DNA of 64,000 nt, from assembly GCF_009914755.1 (NCBI RefSeq), contig NC_060931.1; one strand, written 5' to 3'. Position numbers and translations under genes: made by a program. The notes beneath the pieces were generated by a model. That model was not told where the DNA came from and searched no databases. It saw only the letters and a list, made by a program, of their open reading frames with translations. This DNA is from the human T2T-CHM13v2.0 reference genome, Homo sapiens. Position 1 is the first letter of the stretch. Each line of letters opens with the position of its first letter. This document shows, piece by piece, positions 43,680 to 64,000 of this stretch.

Positions 43680-46418
43680 TTGGACACCCTGTGATAGGAT
43701 TTTTGATATCCTAGGGAGATATTGCTCCTGACAGCAGAGTGGGCGTATACCCTGTGATATTATTTGTAATATCCTAGAAAGATATTGCTCCTAATATCAT
43801 GGTGGCTCAACACCCTGTGATCTTAATTGTAATATCCTACAGAGATATTACTCCTAATAATACAGTGGATGTACACCCGGTGATATTATTCATAATATAT
43901 TACACAGATATGACTCCTGATATCACAGTGAGTATACACCATATTTGTACACCCTGTGATCTTATTTGTAACAACTTAGAAAAATATTACAGCTAATATC
44001 AAAGTAGGTGTACACCCTGCGATGTTATTTGTTATCTACTAGGTAGATATTACTCCTAATATCACAGTGAGTGTACATCATGTGTGTACAGACTGTGAAA
44101 TTATTCGTAGTACCCTAGGAAGATATTACTCCTCATATCACAGTGGGTGTACACTGTGATATTTTTTTGTAATATCCAGCGGGGGAGAGGATGATATTGC
44201 TTCCAATATCACAGAAGGTGTACACCCCCCTGTGATATTGTTCCTAATATCCAGGGAAGGAGAGGATGACATTATTCGCAATATCACTGGGGGTGTACCA
44301 CCTCCCGCCGGGATATTGTTCTTAATATCCGGAGTTGGAGAGAATGATATTACTCCCAATATCACAGGGGGTGTACACCACCCCTGTTTGTAAACACCCC
44401 CTGTGATATTGTTCCAAATGGCCTGTGAAAGAGCAAACATGACTCCCATTATCGCGGGGGGTGTTCAGCCCTTATGATATTGTTTTCTAACATCCAGGGA
44501 AGGAGAGTATGCTATTACTCCCAACATCGCAGGGGTTGTACACCCTTTTGTGTTTTTGTGCCCAATATCCAGGAAAATAGAGGATGATATTACGTCCAAT
44601 ATCGAAGTAATTGTACAGCACCCCTGTGATATTCTTCCTAATATCCAAAAAGGAAAAGAATGATATTACTCCCAACAGCGTAGGAAACGTGTCCCCGCGC
44701 TGTGGTATCTTTCCCAGTATCCAGGTGGGGAGAGGATCATATTACTTCCAATGTCGCAGGGTGTGTACACCCCCTCTGTGATCTCGTTGCTAGCATCCAG
44801 GTTTGGGGAGGACGACATTACTCCCAATATCGCAGGGGGAGTACACCCCCCTGTGACCTTGTTAGTCATTTCCTGGGTGGAGAGGATGATCTTACTCCCA
44901 ATATCGCAGGAGGTGTACACAGCCCTGTGAAAATCTTCCTATTTTCAGAGGGAGAGAGGATGGTATTACTCCCAGTACCGCCGGGGGTTTCCACAGCCCT
45001 GTGATCCTCTTCCTAATATCCACAGGGAGAGAGGATGATATTACTCCCAATATCGCAGGGGTTGTACACCCTTTTGTGTTTTTGTGTGCAATGTCCAGGA
45101 AAATAGAGGATGATATTACTCCCAATGTCAAAGTAATTGTACAGCACCCCTGTGATATTCTTCCTAATATCCCAAAAGGAAAAGAATGATATTACTCCCA
45201 AAAGGGTAGCAAATGTATACCCGCGCTGTGGTATCTTTGCCAGTATCCAGGTGGGGAGAGGATTATACGACTCCCAATATCACAGGGGGGGTACACAACC
45301 GTGTGATATTGTTCCTAATATCCAGAGCGAAAGAGGATGATACGACTCTCAATATCGCAGAGGGTAAACACCCCTCCTGTAATATTGTTCTGAATACCCA
45401 GGGAGGGAGAGAATAAGGTTATGTTGAATATCGCAGGGAATGTACACCATCCGCCTCTGATACCCTTCCTAATGTCCAGGGGAAAAGAGGAAAATTTCAC
45501 TCCCAATATCACAGAGGCAGTACACCCCACTGGTGATGTTGTTTCCAATATGCAACGGGGGAGAGGATGATACTACTCTCAATATCGCAGGGCTGTTCAC
45601 ATCCCCAGTGACATTTTTTCCTAATATCTAAGGGAGAGACAATTCTATGACAGCAAGGGTCACAGGGTCTGTGCATCCCTTCCTGATATTGCTCCTAATA
45701 CCCAGGGGGAAAGAGGATGATATCAAATATGAAAGGGGGTGTACATCCCCCACCCCTACGATATTGTTCTTAATAATCGTGAGGGGAGACGATGATATTA
45801 CTCCAAATATCGCAGGGGTTGTTCACAACCCCCTGTGATATTGTTTCTGATATCCAGGGGTGGAGAAACTCATATTACTTCCAATATTGCAGGTGGTGTA
45901 TGCCCCACCTGATATATGGCACAGAATATCCAAAGAGGGAGAGGATGGTATTCATACCAATATCGAAGTGTGTGTACATGCCTCTTGTGATATGGTTTTT
46001 AATATCCAGTGGGCGGGAGGATGATATTAGTCCCAACATCCCAGAGGGTGTACACTACCCTTGTGATATTGTCCCTAACTTCCAGAGGGAAGAGGATGAT
46101 GTCACTCCCAAAATCTCAGAAGTGGTACATCCCCTGTGATATTGTTCGTCATATCCAGGGAGGCGCAGGATGACATTCCATTGAATTTCGCGACAGGCGT
46201 ACACGCACAGTGTGATATTGTTCCTAATATCCAGGAAGGGAGAGGATGATATTACTCCCAATAAAGCAGTGGGCATACATCACCGCTTTGTTATTGTCTC
46301 TAATATCCGGGGCCGGGGGAGGGGGGGAGAGGATAACATTCCCTCAAATTTAGCAGGTGGTTTGACGCCCCTTGCGGTGTTGTTTTAAATATACAGCGGG
46401 GAAGACAATAGTACTATT
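43680..46418. repeat. SATR-type satellite array (short type A, then type B), paralogous to 14000-17568
   Basis: Same unit order and same idiosyncratic variants as the first array. Confidence 0.88.
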
Positions 46419-49400
46419 TTTGATAGTCCAATTCATCCGCTCCACCTTTCCGGAATGCTGAGGCCGGGAGGCGGCATGCAGTTTTCGTGTGATCCCCAAT
46501 ACCTTTGCTGTCTTCTGTACGAAGGCAGCCAAATACGCAGGCCCCTTGTCTGAGCCAATCCGTAAGGGCGGCCGAAATCTAGGAATCAGATCTCGAAGAA
46601 GCACAGGGGTTACTTCACGAGCTTTCTCAGTTAGTGTTGGATAAGCCTACACCCACCCAGAGTAGGTGCGCCCAAGAACTAGTGAATACTTGTTACCTCC
46701 ACACTTTGGCATCTCTGTGAAGTCCAGCTGGAGACCTTCAAAGGGGGCTGCTCCATAAGCTCGTATGCCGGGCGGAACGGCTGGACGTTGCCTCGCGTCA
46801 TGCTGTTGGCAGGTAACACACCGCTGCCTCACCGTTTTGGCAAGGGCTGACAAAGGCGAGATGGAGAAATACCAGCCTAACAACTTTTCCAGTGACTCCT
46901 GACCTCGATGGCTGGTTTCTTGCACAGCCAGTACAACTGCAGCTCCTCGCAGCTGTGGCACAGCTACTCTCCCATCTGGTAACCGAATTCATCCTTCCTC
47001 CATCACTTGTCCTTCCCTCTACCTGGACAAAGTCCTTTTCTTCTTTAGAATAAGTAGGTCCAAGATCAGGTGCTTGAGGGAGTACTGATGCCTGGAAGGG
47101 GGCAGATGCTGCTTTTTGAGCCTCTGAGTCAGCGCAGGAATTCCCCAAACCCAGCAAGGTGGAAGCTCGCTGGTGTCCTCTGCAATGCATAACTGCCACC
47201 TTGTGGGGTTTCCACACTGCTTCTAATCATTGCAAGATTTCTTGTTGATATTTTCTGTCTTTTCCCCCAGAGTTCAATAGGCCCTTTTCTTTCTATCACG
47301 CTCCATGCACTTGAAGGGTTCAAAAGGCATACGGAGAATCAGTGTAAATGTTGACAGTCTCACCCTCACTGAGTTCTAAGGCCCGAATTAAAGCAATGAG
47401 TTCAGCTTTCTGGGCTGAAGTGGCCTGGGGCAAAGATCTGGCTTCAACAACAGTGTCCAGGGTTATCACTGCATACCCTGCACCTCTCTCTCCTTGGGGG
47501 TTGAAGAAGCTGCTCCCATCCACGTATAGTTCCCAGTCTACTGATGCCCAAGGCTGGTCCCAGAGGTCAGGTCTGCTAGAGGCAACTGAGTCCAACATTT
47601 CTACATAATCAGGCTCGACAGGGCTCTGATACCGGGAGCAACGTGGCGGGGTGTAGGGTGTTACAAACTTCAATGGTTATATGGGGATTTTCACAGAGCA
47701 AAGTCTGGTACTTGGTGAGTGTGGCATTCGTTAGCCAATGATGTCCTTTAGTATTCATTAAAGTCACCACAGCACGGGAGGCCTTTCTGTTCAGGTTTTG
47801 CCCAAGAGTCAGCTTATTTGCTTCTTGTACTCGCAGGGCAGTTGCTGCCAAGGCCCTCCAACAGGGGGGCCATCCTTTAGAATCCCCGTCTAGTTGTTGA
47901 GAGAGGTAGGCCCCCAGCCTTGGCCTGGGCCCCACAGTTTGGGTTCAAAGTCCAGCTGCCATCTTTTCTCTCTCTGATGCATACAATGGAAAAGGCTTTG
48001 TCAGATCGGGTAGCCCCAGGGCTGGGGCTGACATAAGTTTTTCCTTTAACTCATGAAAGCCTTGCTGTTGTTGGGATCCTCATTCCAAAGGTTTCCGGTC
48101 CCCACCCCCTTGGTGACCTCATACAAAGGCTTGGCTAATACTGCAAAGTTTGGGATCCACCGTCTACAAAACCCCACAGCTCCTAAGAATCCTCTCACCT
48201 GCCTTCTGCTCTTAGGTTCCCCTAGCTTGCAAATAACCTGCTTTCATTCTGATCCCAGGCTGCGTTCCGACCCCTGTAAGATAGTCAATCCCAAGGAACG
48301 TACCTGCTGTCGGCAGATCTGAGCTTTCTTCTTGGACACCTTCTACCCACAGTCCTCCAGGTGCCGGTGTAGGGCATCAGTTCCCTTGGCACACCCGACT
48401 GCCGTGGGGTGTCCCAGCAGAAGATCATCAACCTACTGGAGCAACACGCAGCCTAGGTCTCTGCTGGGAAACTTCTGGAGGTCTCGAGCCCACGCCTCCC
48501 CGAAGATGGTGGGGGAGTTCTTGAACCCTTGGGGAAGCCCGGTCCAAGTGTACTGAGTAGTGACACCTGACTCCGGATCTTCCCACTGAAAGGCAAACAG
48601 CTTCTGGCTCTCAGGGGCTAATCTGATAGGAAAGAAAGCGTCTTTCAGGTCCAAGAAAGTGAACCAGCTGTCCTCAGCTGGCAGCAACCCCAACAATGTG
48701 GACGGGTTAGGTACTGTTGGATGGAAAGTCAGTGTAGCTTGATGAAGCAAGCACAAATCCTGTACCTGCCGGTAGTCCTTGGTCGGTGGCTTGGGAACAG
48801 GCAGGAAGGGAGTGTTCCATGGAGACTGACAAGGAACAATAATTCCAAAAGTTCTTAGGTGCTTGAGACGGACCTGGATACCTTGAAGGGCTTCTCTGGG
48901 GACTGGGTCCTGTTTTTGCCTCACCGGCTGGGCCCCAGTCTTAACTGGCCAATCCCGGAGGGTTGTCTTCTGCCCGTGCTCTTGGCCACCTTTTAGCCAG
49001 AGCTGGTCTTCTCTCTTGGCCCGGCTCAGTTAAGAAAAGTCTCCATTCCTCCTCTGGGGGGACCATAAGGGTCATAATGACTCCCTTTAGCAGCAAAGAG
49101 CTGTGCTCTGTCAAAGAGATAGTGGCTCTCAGCTTGCTGAGCAAGTTCCTTCCCAAAAAGGTCAAGGGACAGTCAGGCATGTACCAAAACTGATGAATGA
49201 CTCTATGTCCTCCTACAGTACAAGCCCGAGACAAGCAGAAAGCTTGCTTTGCTGAAACCCTAGTGGGTCCGATGACGTCAATAGTCTTTTTGGATAAGGG
49301 GGCGACCGGGGCGGTTACTAGCAAATGTTCAGCACCGCTATCTATAAAAAAGTCAATGTATCCACCCCCAACTGTCATTTTGACCAGAGGCTCTTTGGGG

Positions 49401-50485
49401 CCGCTTAAGCCCGGTCTCCCTCAGTCCAAGAACCCTTCTGCCAGGTTGAGCAGGGCCCCTTCCTCCTTGTCCGGGGCCTCCTGCTCTGAGTCACCTTGTT
49501 TTCTTTTGAGCTCAGGGCATTTGTTCTTCCACTGTCCTATTTCTTTACAATAAGCACACTGGTTACGCTGCAAACTCTGACAGCCAAGCTGAGTTTCTTT
49601 CCCAGGGCCCCCCTTCCCTTGCCTCTTTGAGGGGGCCCCTCTGATTGCTGCAGCTGACAAACAGGTCGGCGTGTCACCGGGCCTGACCTCCATTCTCTTT
49701 GCCGTTTTCCTTAGGGCTTACTGCATTCCTGTTTACAAACACCTGGCTAGCTATTTCTAGTAATTGTGGTGGATTCATCCCTGCAAGCCCAGCCTGCTTC
49801 TGCAGTTTTCTTCTCATGTCTTCTGCGCTTTGACGGACTAAAGCCATGTGAATCACGCAGTGATTTTCAGGGCTATCGGGATCAAAGGGAGTATACATAC
49901 GATAGGCCTCACACAGTCTCTCGTAGAATTGTGCCGGACTTTCTTCTTTTCCCTGAATGACCTCAGAGACGTTGTTAACGTTTGTGGCCTTCTGAGCTCC
50001 CCTCAATAATCCTTCCAAGAAAGCTTCCCTGTCTCGGTTTAGCCTTTGCATATCCTCTCTTTCACGTGGGTCCAACTGGGGGTCGGTTCCTGGCAACTGG
50101 GTGCTTCCATACTCTTGGTGGTTTTGATAATCAGCTGGTGCATGTTCCTCTAGCCACTTAGTTGCTGCTTGGAGGACTCTCCGCCTTTCTTCGCTGTTAA
50201 AGAGGAACATGAGCAACTGGTGCCAATCAGCCCAGGTGTGGTTGTGGGTCTGGATAACAGCTTGGAGCAAATCAATTAGGGCTTGCGGCTTTTCGGTATA
50301 GGTCTGTGTATTGTTTTTCCAGTTGAGAAGGTCGACACAGGTGAAGGGCTGGTACCCAAAAGCACGCCTCTCCACCACGTGACCATCCTCATCTGTCCCA
50401 GTATACCGCTGCTCTCTCAGGGGCATGTGTGTCCCCGTTTTGCGTCGCAAACGAGCTGCCGAGGGAGGGGTGGAATGGCGCAATG
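46419..50485 (-). mobile_element. LTR-less HERV-E gag-pro-pol fragment, copy 2, defective
   Basis: Same endpoints and motifs as copy 1: FIDSGAEH protease, [15 protein letters not shown] at 48433, integrase core; capsid-region frame open 49674-50483. Confidence 0.88.
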
Positions 50486-53400
50486 CGACTTACCACAATT
50501 AATAATCTCAATTATTAATTGACACTAATTTTCAATATTAATAACCGATAATATAATTTTAAAAATCAATACCGATAATAATGATAATTAATATTAAATA
50601 GATATACTAATGATAACAATAAATGATTAATATTAATGATTAATGATGCCTGATATTAATAATTGATATTGACCTTATTAATGAGAAAACAGTCATATTA
50701 GCCCCTAATAATTAATATTAATATTAAAAATGGGAAGTTTTTATTAGCAATTATTTCTTAATATGAATATTAATATCGGTCATTCATATTCATGTTAATA
50801 ATAAAAGAGGAATAATTCATACTAATATTACGCCCTAATACCTCAGTGGGTGTACACCCACATGTGATATTGCTCCTAATGTCCAGGGAGGGAGAGAGCA
50901 TGATATTACGTTGAATATCGCAGTAGGTGTACAACCAGCCGGTGATATTGATCCGAATATAATCTCCAGGGGGTGGAGAATGACGTTACTCCCAATATAG
51001 CACTGGGTGTACATCCACCCGGTGATTTTGCTCCTAATATTCACGGAAGAAGAGAATGCTATTACTCCCAACATCGCAGGAAGTGTACACACCAGTGTGA
51101 GACGGTCCTTAAAAATATTCCAAGGCGGAGGAGGTGATATGACTACATATATGGCAGAAAGTGGACACCCGCAAGGATATCATTCCCATGATCCTGGAAA
51201 GAAGAGGATAATATTACTTTCAATACCACAGAAGGTGGACACGCCCCCAGTGATATTGTTTCTAATTGCAACCTGGGAGAGGAGGACATGACACCCGATA
51301 TCCCAGGGAGAAGAAACACCCATGTGATACTGTTCCTAATATTAAGGGAGGAAGAGGATGATATGACTCAAAACACAGACCGGTGTACAACCTCTGCACA
51401 CAAAGGGTGTACACCAGTCTGTGAAAAGGCTCAGAATCTCCAGAGGGGGAGATGATATTACGCACAATATGATAAAAAGACTGTGAGTCCACCGCGGATC
51501 CTAAGAGCCAGGGGGGCAAGAGGGGCTGGCTCTTTCTTTACTCCCCGCATCGCGGGGGGCGCCTCGCCCCCCTGCGATGGGGGTCCTAAGAGCCAGGGGG
51601 GCAAGAGGCGGTTGCTATTACTCCCCGCATCGCGGGGGGCGCCCTCACCCCCCTGCGATGTGGCTCGTAATATTCAGTGGGGAGAGCGGTTGATATTACT
51701 CCCTTTCTCCTATTATGTTTTCTCTACTGCCACGCTTAGTTAACATCCTGGGACATTATTTTCCATCTTCTAGGATGGTGTCACTGTTTAAGTCCCAGGG
51801 GTTATACACCCTGTGATATTATTCGTGGTATTGTCGCGAAACATGAATCCGTATTTCACAAGTCTCTACACACTCTGATATGATTCGCAACACCCTAACG
51901 ATACGTTAATAATAATGCCACAATGTGTGTTCAGCGTGTGCTATTATTCTTAATCTCCTAAGGGGAGGTTGATTTTATTGTCACACGGAGTATTTTCCCT
52001 GTGGTATGATTCGGAATATCCTGGAAGCATGTCACTCTTTATGTCACAGGGTTTGTGCACCTTTTCAAATTACTCGTATTACCCTTATAAGATGTCACTC
52101 CTCATATCAACGAGGGTGTACACTCTGTGATATTATCGTCATATTCTAGGGAAATGTTACTTTTAATGTCACAGATGTTGCACACCTTGTGAAATTATTC
52201 GTTATAGTTTTGTTTGATATGACTGCTAACGTCACACGGGGTGTACATCCAGTGATATTACGTGTAATCTTCTATAGAAATGTTACTCGTAAATCACAGG
52301 TCCTGTACACCCTTTAATATTCTTCGTCTTATTCTAGGAAAACGTGACTACTAATGTCCCAGGGCGTGTAGACCCTGTCATAAAATTCGTAATATCCCAG
52401 CGGGAGTTCACTACTAATTTCACAATGCGTGTACACCCTTTGATATTGTTCGTATTATCCTAAAGAGATGTGACTACTGATGTCCCAATGCATGTACATT
52501 CTGTGATATTATTCCTTATATCCTCGAGGGATGTGACTTCTAATGTCACACGGCGTGTAGTCCCTGTGTTCTATTTCATAATATCCTAGGGCAATTGTAC
52601 TGTTAATGACACAGGGGGTGTACACATTGTGATATTATTCATGATATTGTAGAAGGATGTTACTCCTAACGTCACAGGGTGTACACCCGGTGATAGTATT
52701 CAAAATTTCCCAGGGGTCTATACTCCTAATGTCACAGAAGATAACACACTGTGACATTATTTGTAATATTCTGGTGAGATGATTCTCCTAATATCACAGG
52801 AAGTGTATACCCTGTGATAGTATTCTTACTATTCCAGGGGGATGTCACTTGTAATGTCACAGGTGTCTTCCTTCCTGATATTATTGAAAATATGCTAGCT
52901 GGATATTACTACTAATGTCAGAATGCGTGTACCCCTTGTGATATTATTAGTAATATTCTGGGGGGATGTTACCCCTAACGTTACAGAGGTGTACACCGTG
53001 TGATATTGCTCCCAATATTGTAGGGGGATGTTACTCCTAATGTCACAGGGGGTGTACAGCCTTTGATATTATTTGCAATCTTATAGAGACATATTACTTT
53101 AATGATCACAGTGGGTGTACACACATGGGCTACACCCACTGGGATATTATTTGTAATATCTTAGGGAGATATAACTCCTAATATCACAGTGGGTGTAGCC
53201 CATGTGTGTACATCCTGTGATATTATTTGTAATATCCATGGTAAACATTACTTCTAGTATCCCACAGAGGGTACACCCTGTGATATTTTTCATATCATTG
53301 GGAGATATTTCTTCTAATAACACAGTGGGTGTACACCATGTGTGTACACTCTGTGATGTGATAGCTTATATCCTAGGGAGATATTCCTTCCAATATCAGA

Positions 53401-53859
53401 GTGAGTGTACACCTTGTGATATCATTCGTAATCTCCTAGAAAGATGTTGCTGCTAATATCACAGAGGGTGTGCCCCCAGTGACATCATTCGAAATATCCT
53501 AAGGAGATGTTACTCGTAATGTCACGGGGGTTGTACACCCTGTTATATTATTGTAATATTCTAGGGTGGTGTTACTTTTAAAGTCAAAGGGGTGTACACC
53601 CTGTGATGTTATTCGTAATATCCTAGGAAGAGGTTACTCCTAATATCACAGCCTGTGATAGCATTCAGAATATCCAAAAGGGATGTTACTTTTAATGTCA
53701 CATGGGGTATACACCCTTTGATAATATTCGTAAGATCCTACGGACATATGACTTCAAATATCACATTGGATGTACACACATGGTGTACACATTGTGTGTG
53801 AACACCTCCTGTGATATTATTCATAATATCCTAGGAAAATGGGACTCCTAATATCACGG

Positions 53860-57698
<3,839 letters not shown>

Positions 57699-58321
57699 TT
57701 TGAAACACTTTCCAGCTTCCTCATTAGGAATGGAAGCCAAACTCCGAATTGATGACTCCTTGGAGGAAGTCGAGAGCTGTAAGGAAAGCCAGGAACAGGG
57801 GCAAGGGAGAGATGTGTCCCAAATGATCCTGTGCCAATTCTTTCTGGAATCCTCGATGTGATCTCAGCTGCTGTTTCCATACTTGACACAGTGATTGTGG
57901 CACTCACTGGTCTAGCTGTGGTCTACAAGGAACCCCCAAAGGGAAGGGCACAGTGAGCAGGGGCATCCGCCTGAGTGACGAGAATTTGAGAGGACAGGTT
58001 GGTTGCAGGGAGAGGACTGGCCAAATGCCATATGTCTGGACTTAGACTGCCTGGTTGAAAATGGACTTCACCCTTTTTGACTTCATGATCAAGTACGAGT
58101 GATTTGAAAAGGCATTGCTCCTTTTCTAGTCTGTAAAATCATCCTGAAATGTGCACTAATAACGTGGAGACTACGCAGATGAAATGAAACAAGCTGCATA
58201 GAGCACAGAGCTCAGAGCCTGGCCTTTAGGAAACCCTCAGTAAGGGTTCATGATGCCATGGTGTCTGTCATCATCCTCTTTATCCTCATCATCACCTTCA
58301 TAATCTTTTTGTTGTTGTTAG

Positions 58322-61520
<3,199 letters not shown>

Positions 61521-61721
61521 CTGGTGTGAAGCTGGGATTGCAGGTGTGAGACACGGCATCCGGTGTGAATATCTCCTGGTAAATACCTTGTACTTTCACT
61601 TTCATTAAGATGTCTTTCGTCCTCATGAAATTATCTGAAAAACGGATGAAACACTGTTCTGCTCCATCTTCCCCGCAGGCACTTGGGCCCCATCCTGCTC
61701 TCCTGCCCCCCTCTTCTAGTG

Positions 61722-61830
61722 AATGGCCAGATAGGAACTATTGCAGGTTTATGGGCCACGTGGTCTCTGTTGCAAATATAACAGCTCTGCTGTTGTAGTG
61801 CTAAAGCAACCACAGACCATATGGAAACCA
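61722..61830 (+). mobile_element. MER58-like DNA transposon fragment
   Basis: ggccagatag...gggccacgtggtctctgttgca...ctctgctgttgtagtgctaaagcaaccacaga resembles the MER58 core. Confidence 0.55.
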
Positions 61831-61930
61831 TCTTTCCTGCATGGCCTCTGTAATCTTTTAGAAATACCCGTTGGGTCACACCACTGCCTGACTTAAAACA
61901 TATAGATGACCTCTTCCGTCTCCTAAGCTA

Positions 61931-62321
<391 letters not shown>

Positions 62322-62479
62322 TAAAAGTCAAGTCCTGACCACAGCCTAGGAAGCCGGCTATGACGTGGCCCTTGTCACCCTCTCCAAGTTCAACTCCCGA
62401 GACTTTCCGTTTCCTCTCTGCTCCCCGCTCCGGCCTCCCATTCCTCACTCGTGTTGCATCAGATGCCTGCGCACCCTGG

Positions 62480-62790
62480 TGTTTCCGCATGTGCTCTTCT
62501 GTTAGCCTGGAAAGTTCTTTACTCCCTCTTCATCCAGCACTACTAGATACCTCCCCCTGCCTTAGCCTAGCCAGGTCCCCTGTCATTTAGTCTCAGAGTA
62601 TCTTGAATGTCTTCTTCACAGCCCAACTGACAACCCTCACTCACTCGCTGAGTGGGTGCCATCCTTTCTCTCCACCTAGAATGCAAGCTCCCTGAGGGCA
62701 GGGGCTGGAACCGTCTTGTTCTTTGCCAAATCCCCAGTGCCATCTCTGGCACACAGTGGGCATTATGAAAATATTTGCTGAGTGCATAAA
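62480..62790 (+). mobile_element. L2 3' fragment
   Basis: ctagaatgcaagctccctgagggcaggg...tggcacacagtggg...aaatatttgctgagtg. Confidence 0.7.
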
Positions 62791-64000
62791 AGGAGGGAAT
62801 CATGCATTTGAGCCCTCGGCTTGGTGCCCTGGGGATGTGGCTCCATAAAATCAGTTCCCATTTTTTCTCTCTCTTCTCCTGGGAGGTGGGTATCTGGGTT
62901 CTCCTGCCAGGAGAGCTTCTCTCTCATAAGACTCCAGGTGCCTCTTGGCCTAGGCCTGCCTCCTGCTAAGTGAGACTCTTTAGGGCTAGTCTGCATCGAC
63001 TCTGCTGAGATGCAGCCGCCAGAGATGGGTAACGTGGGCAACCCTTGGCAGGTCCCTGGGAACGAGGCTTCCGAGTCATCTGGATCAACTAGTTTGAAGT
63101 TACAAACTCACCAGATGTTGGTCAGCTGGCATCTTAGTGATGAGCTGGTCCAACCCCCCTTGTTGTAGTCAAGTCACTTGTGCAAAGCCACCACTTGGCT
63201 GGGACCCCAAGCTCAGGCCCGTGCTCTCTCCATGGTCCCAGGCTTTACACTAAGGGAATGTCAACTGTTCTCTAGAATCACTTGGACTACTTTATACTTT
63301 TGTGTCTCCTTTTCCTATTCTGTATTCTGGAAAAACAAAGTTTTCCTTGTGATTGAACAGACTCTTCACACTGTGTTATTGCTGGCATTGTTCTAAATTT
63401 AGCCTTGGTTCATCCCCAGCTGGAGTGAATGACTTTAATTTGATCAGCTGCTGTCTGTGCTTGGGAGCCTCCGAAGGGGTCCTATGGCCTTTAAGGCTCC
63501 TTTCCATACTTAGATCCTGACCTGGGGCAAACACACACTCCAGCTCGTTCATGTCCAGATAAGACACCTAGAGGCCATGGCGAGGGTTCCCCCTGTCGGG
63601 GCACTATTGCTGTTGAGAGGATCAAGGCAGCAGTCAGGGCCTGAGTGTTGTCCAGAAGAAAGCACAAAGTGTACCGAGCGCTGGTCTGACAGCACTTAGG
63701 GGTGTGACAGAAACCTTCTGTCATGAAACCAGAGATTGGAGACTGTGGGAACACATCCGAATCCACATCTCCATGACAAGGTGGTGCTGATTTCCAGTGG
63801 TCCTCCCTGGTGGGGGAATCACGTAGCTCTGACGGTGGAGCGTGTTGTTGTGTTTCTCTTTCAGTATGAGCTTGTCTGTGGCCCTAGGGTTCCTCCCTTA
63901 TGAAATAATGATGCCTCCCAACACAGGACATCCCAGGCTGCAAGCCTGTCCCTTCAGCCCAGCTTCCTTACCCCTGTGCCCCAAAAGCCCACAGCAGGGC

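Larger units (their letters stand above)
42894..51090 (+). repeat. Direct segmental repeat of ~13210-22270 (OR flank, Alu, satellite, HERV-E, AT spacer, satellite)
   Basis: Colinear from caagcaattcacaaggaacatc onward. Confidence 0.9.

Noticed and set aside
63491-63766. Faint resemblance to a retroviral env TM region (LGVLSGHERAGVC)
   Set aside because: Too weak to support without a profile search; no other ERV landmarks nearby.

Overview
Primate (almost certainly human) genomic DNA, not prokaryotic. Bases 1-8.4 kb hold the CpG-island promoter and first coding exon of CCZ1/CCZ1B on the minus strand, in Alu-dense DNA. From ~8.4 kb on, the window is an OR7E-type segmental-duplication mosaic built from a ~23-kb module present in about 2.5 rearranged copies. 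It contains three OR7E olfactory-receptor pseudogenes, large arrays of a palindromic 62-75 bp satellite (SATR1/SATR2 type), two LTR-less ~4.1-kb HERV-E gag-pro-pol fragments embedded in that satellite, two copies of one HERV-K(HML-2) LTR5A-type solo LTR, and a 9.5-kb unprocessed copy of the 3' end of UNC93B1 (last three exons). From recall, this neighbourhood matches 7p22.1 (CCZ1B, OR7E39P, UNC93B2, OR7E136P, OR7E59P); the individual pseudogene numbers were not verified. Two observations stand out. (1) The LTR5A landed in and duplicated a GTGAGT splice donor, and now sits ~400 bp upstream of, and in phase with, a stop-free three-exon UNC93B1 C-terminal frame that has lost the Y539 AP-2 sorting tyrosine. 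(2) A GC-shifted variant of the satellite unit occurs only at rearrangement junctions. Most ORFs in the supplied track are spurious Alu, satellite or LTR frames. Repeat boundaries are approximate unless a target-site duplication (TSD) is quoted.
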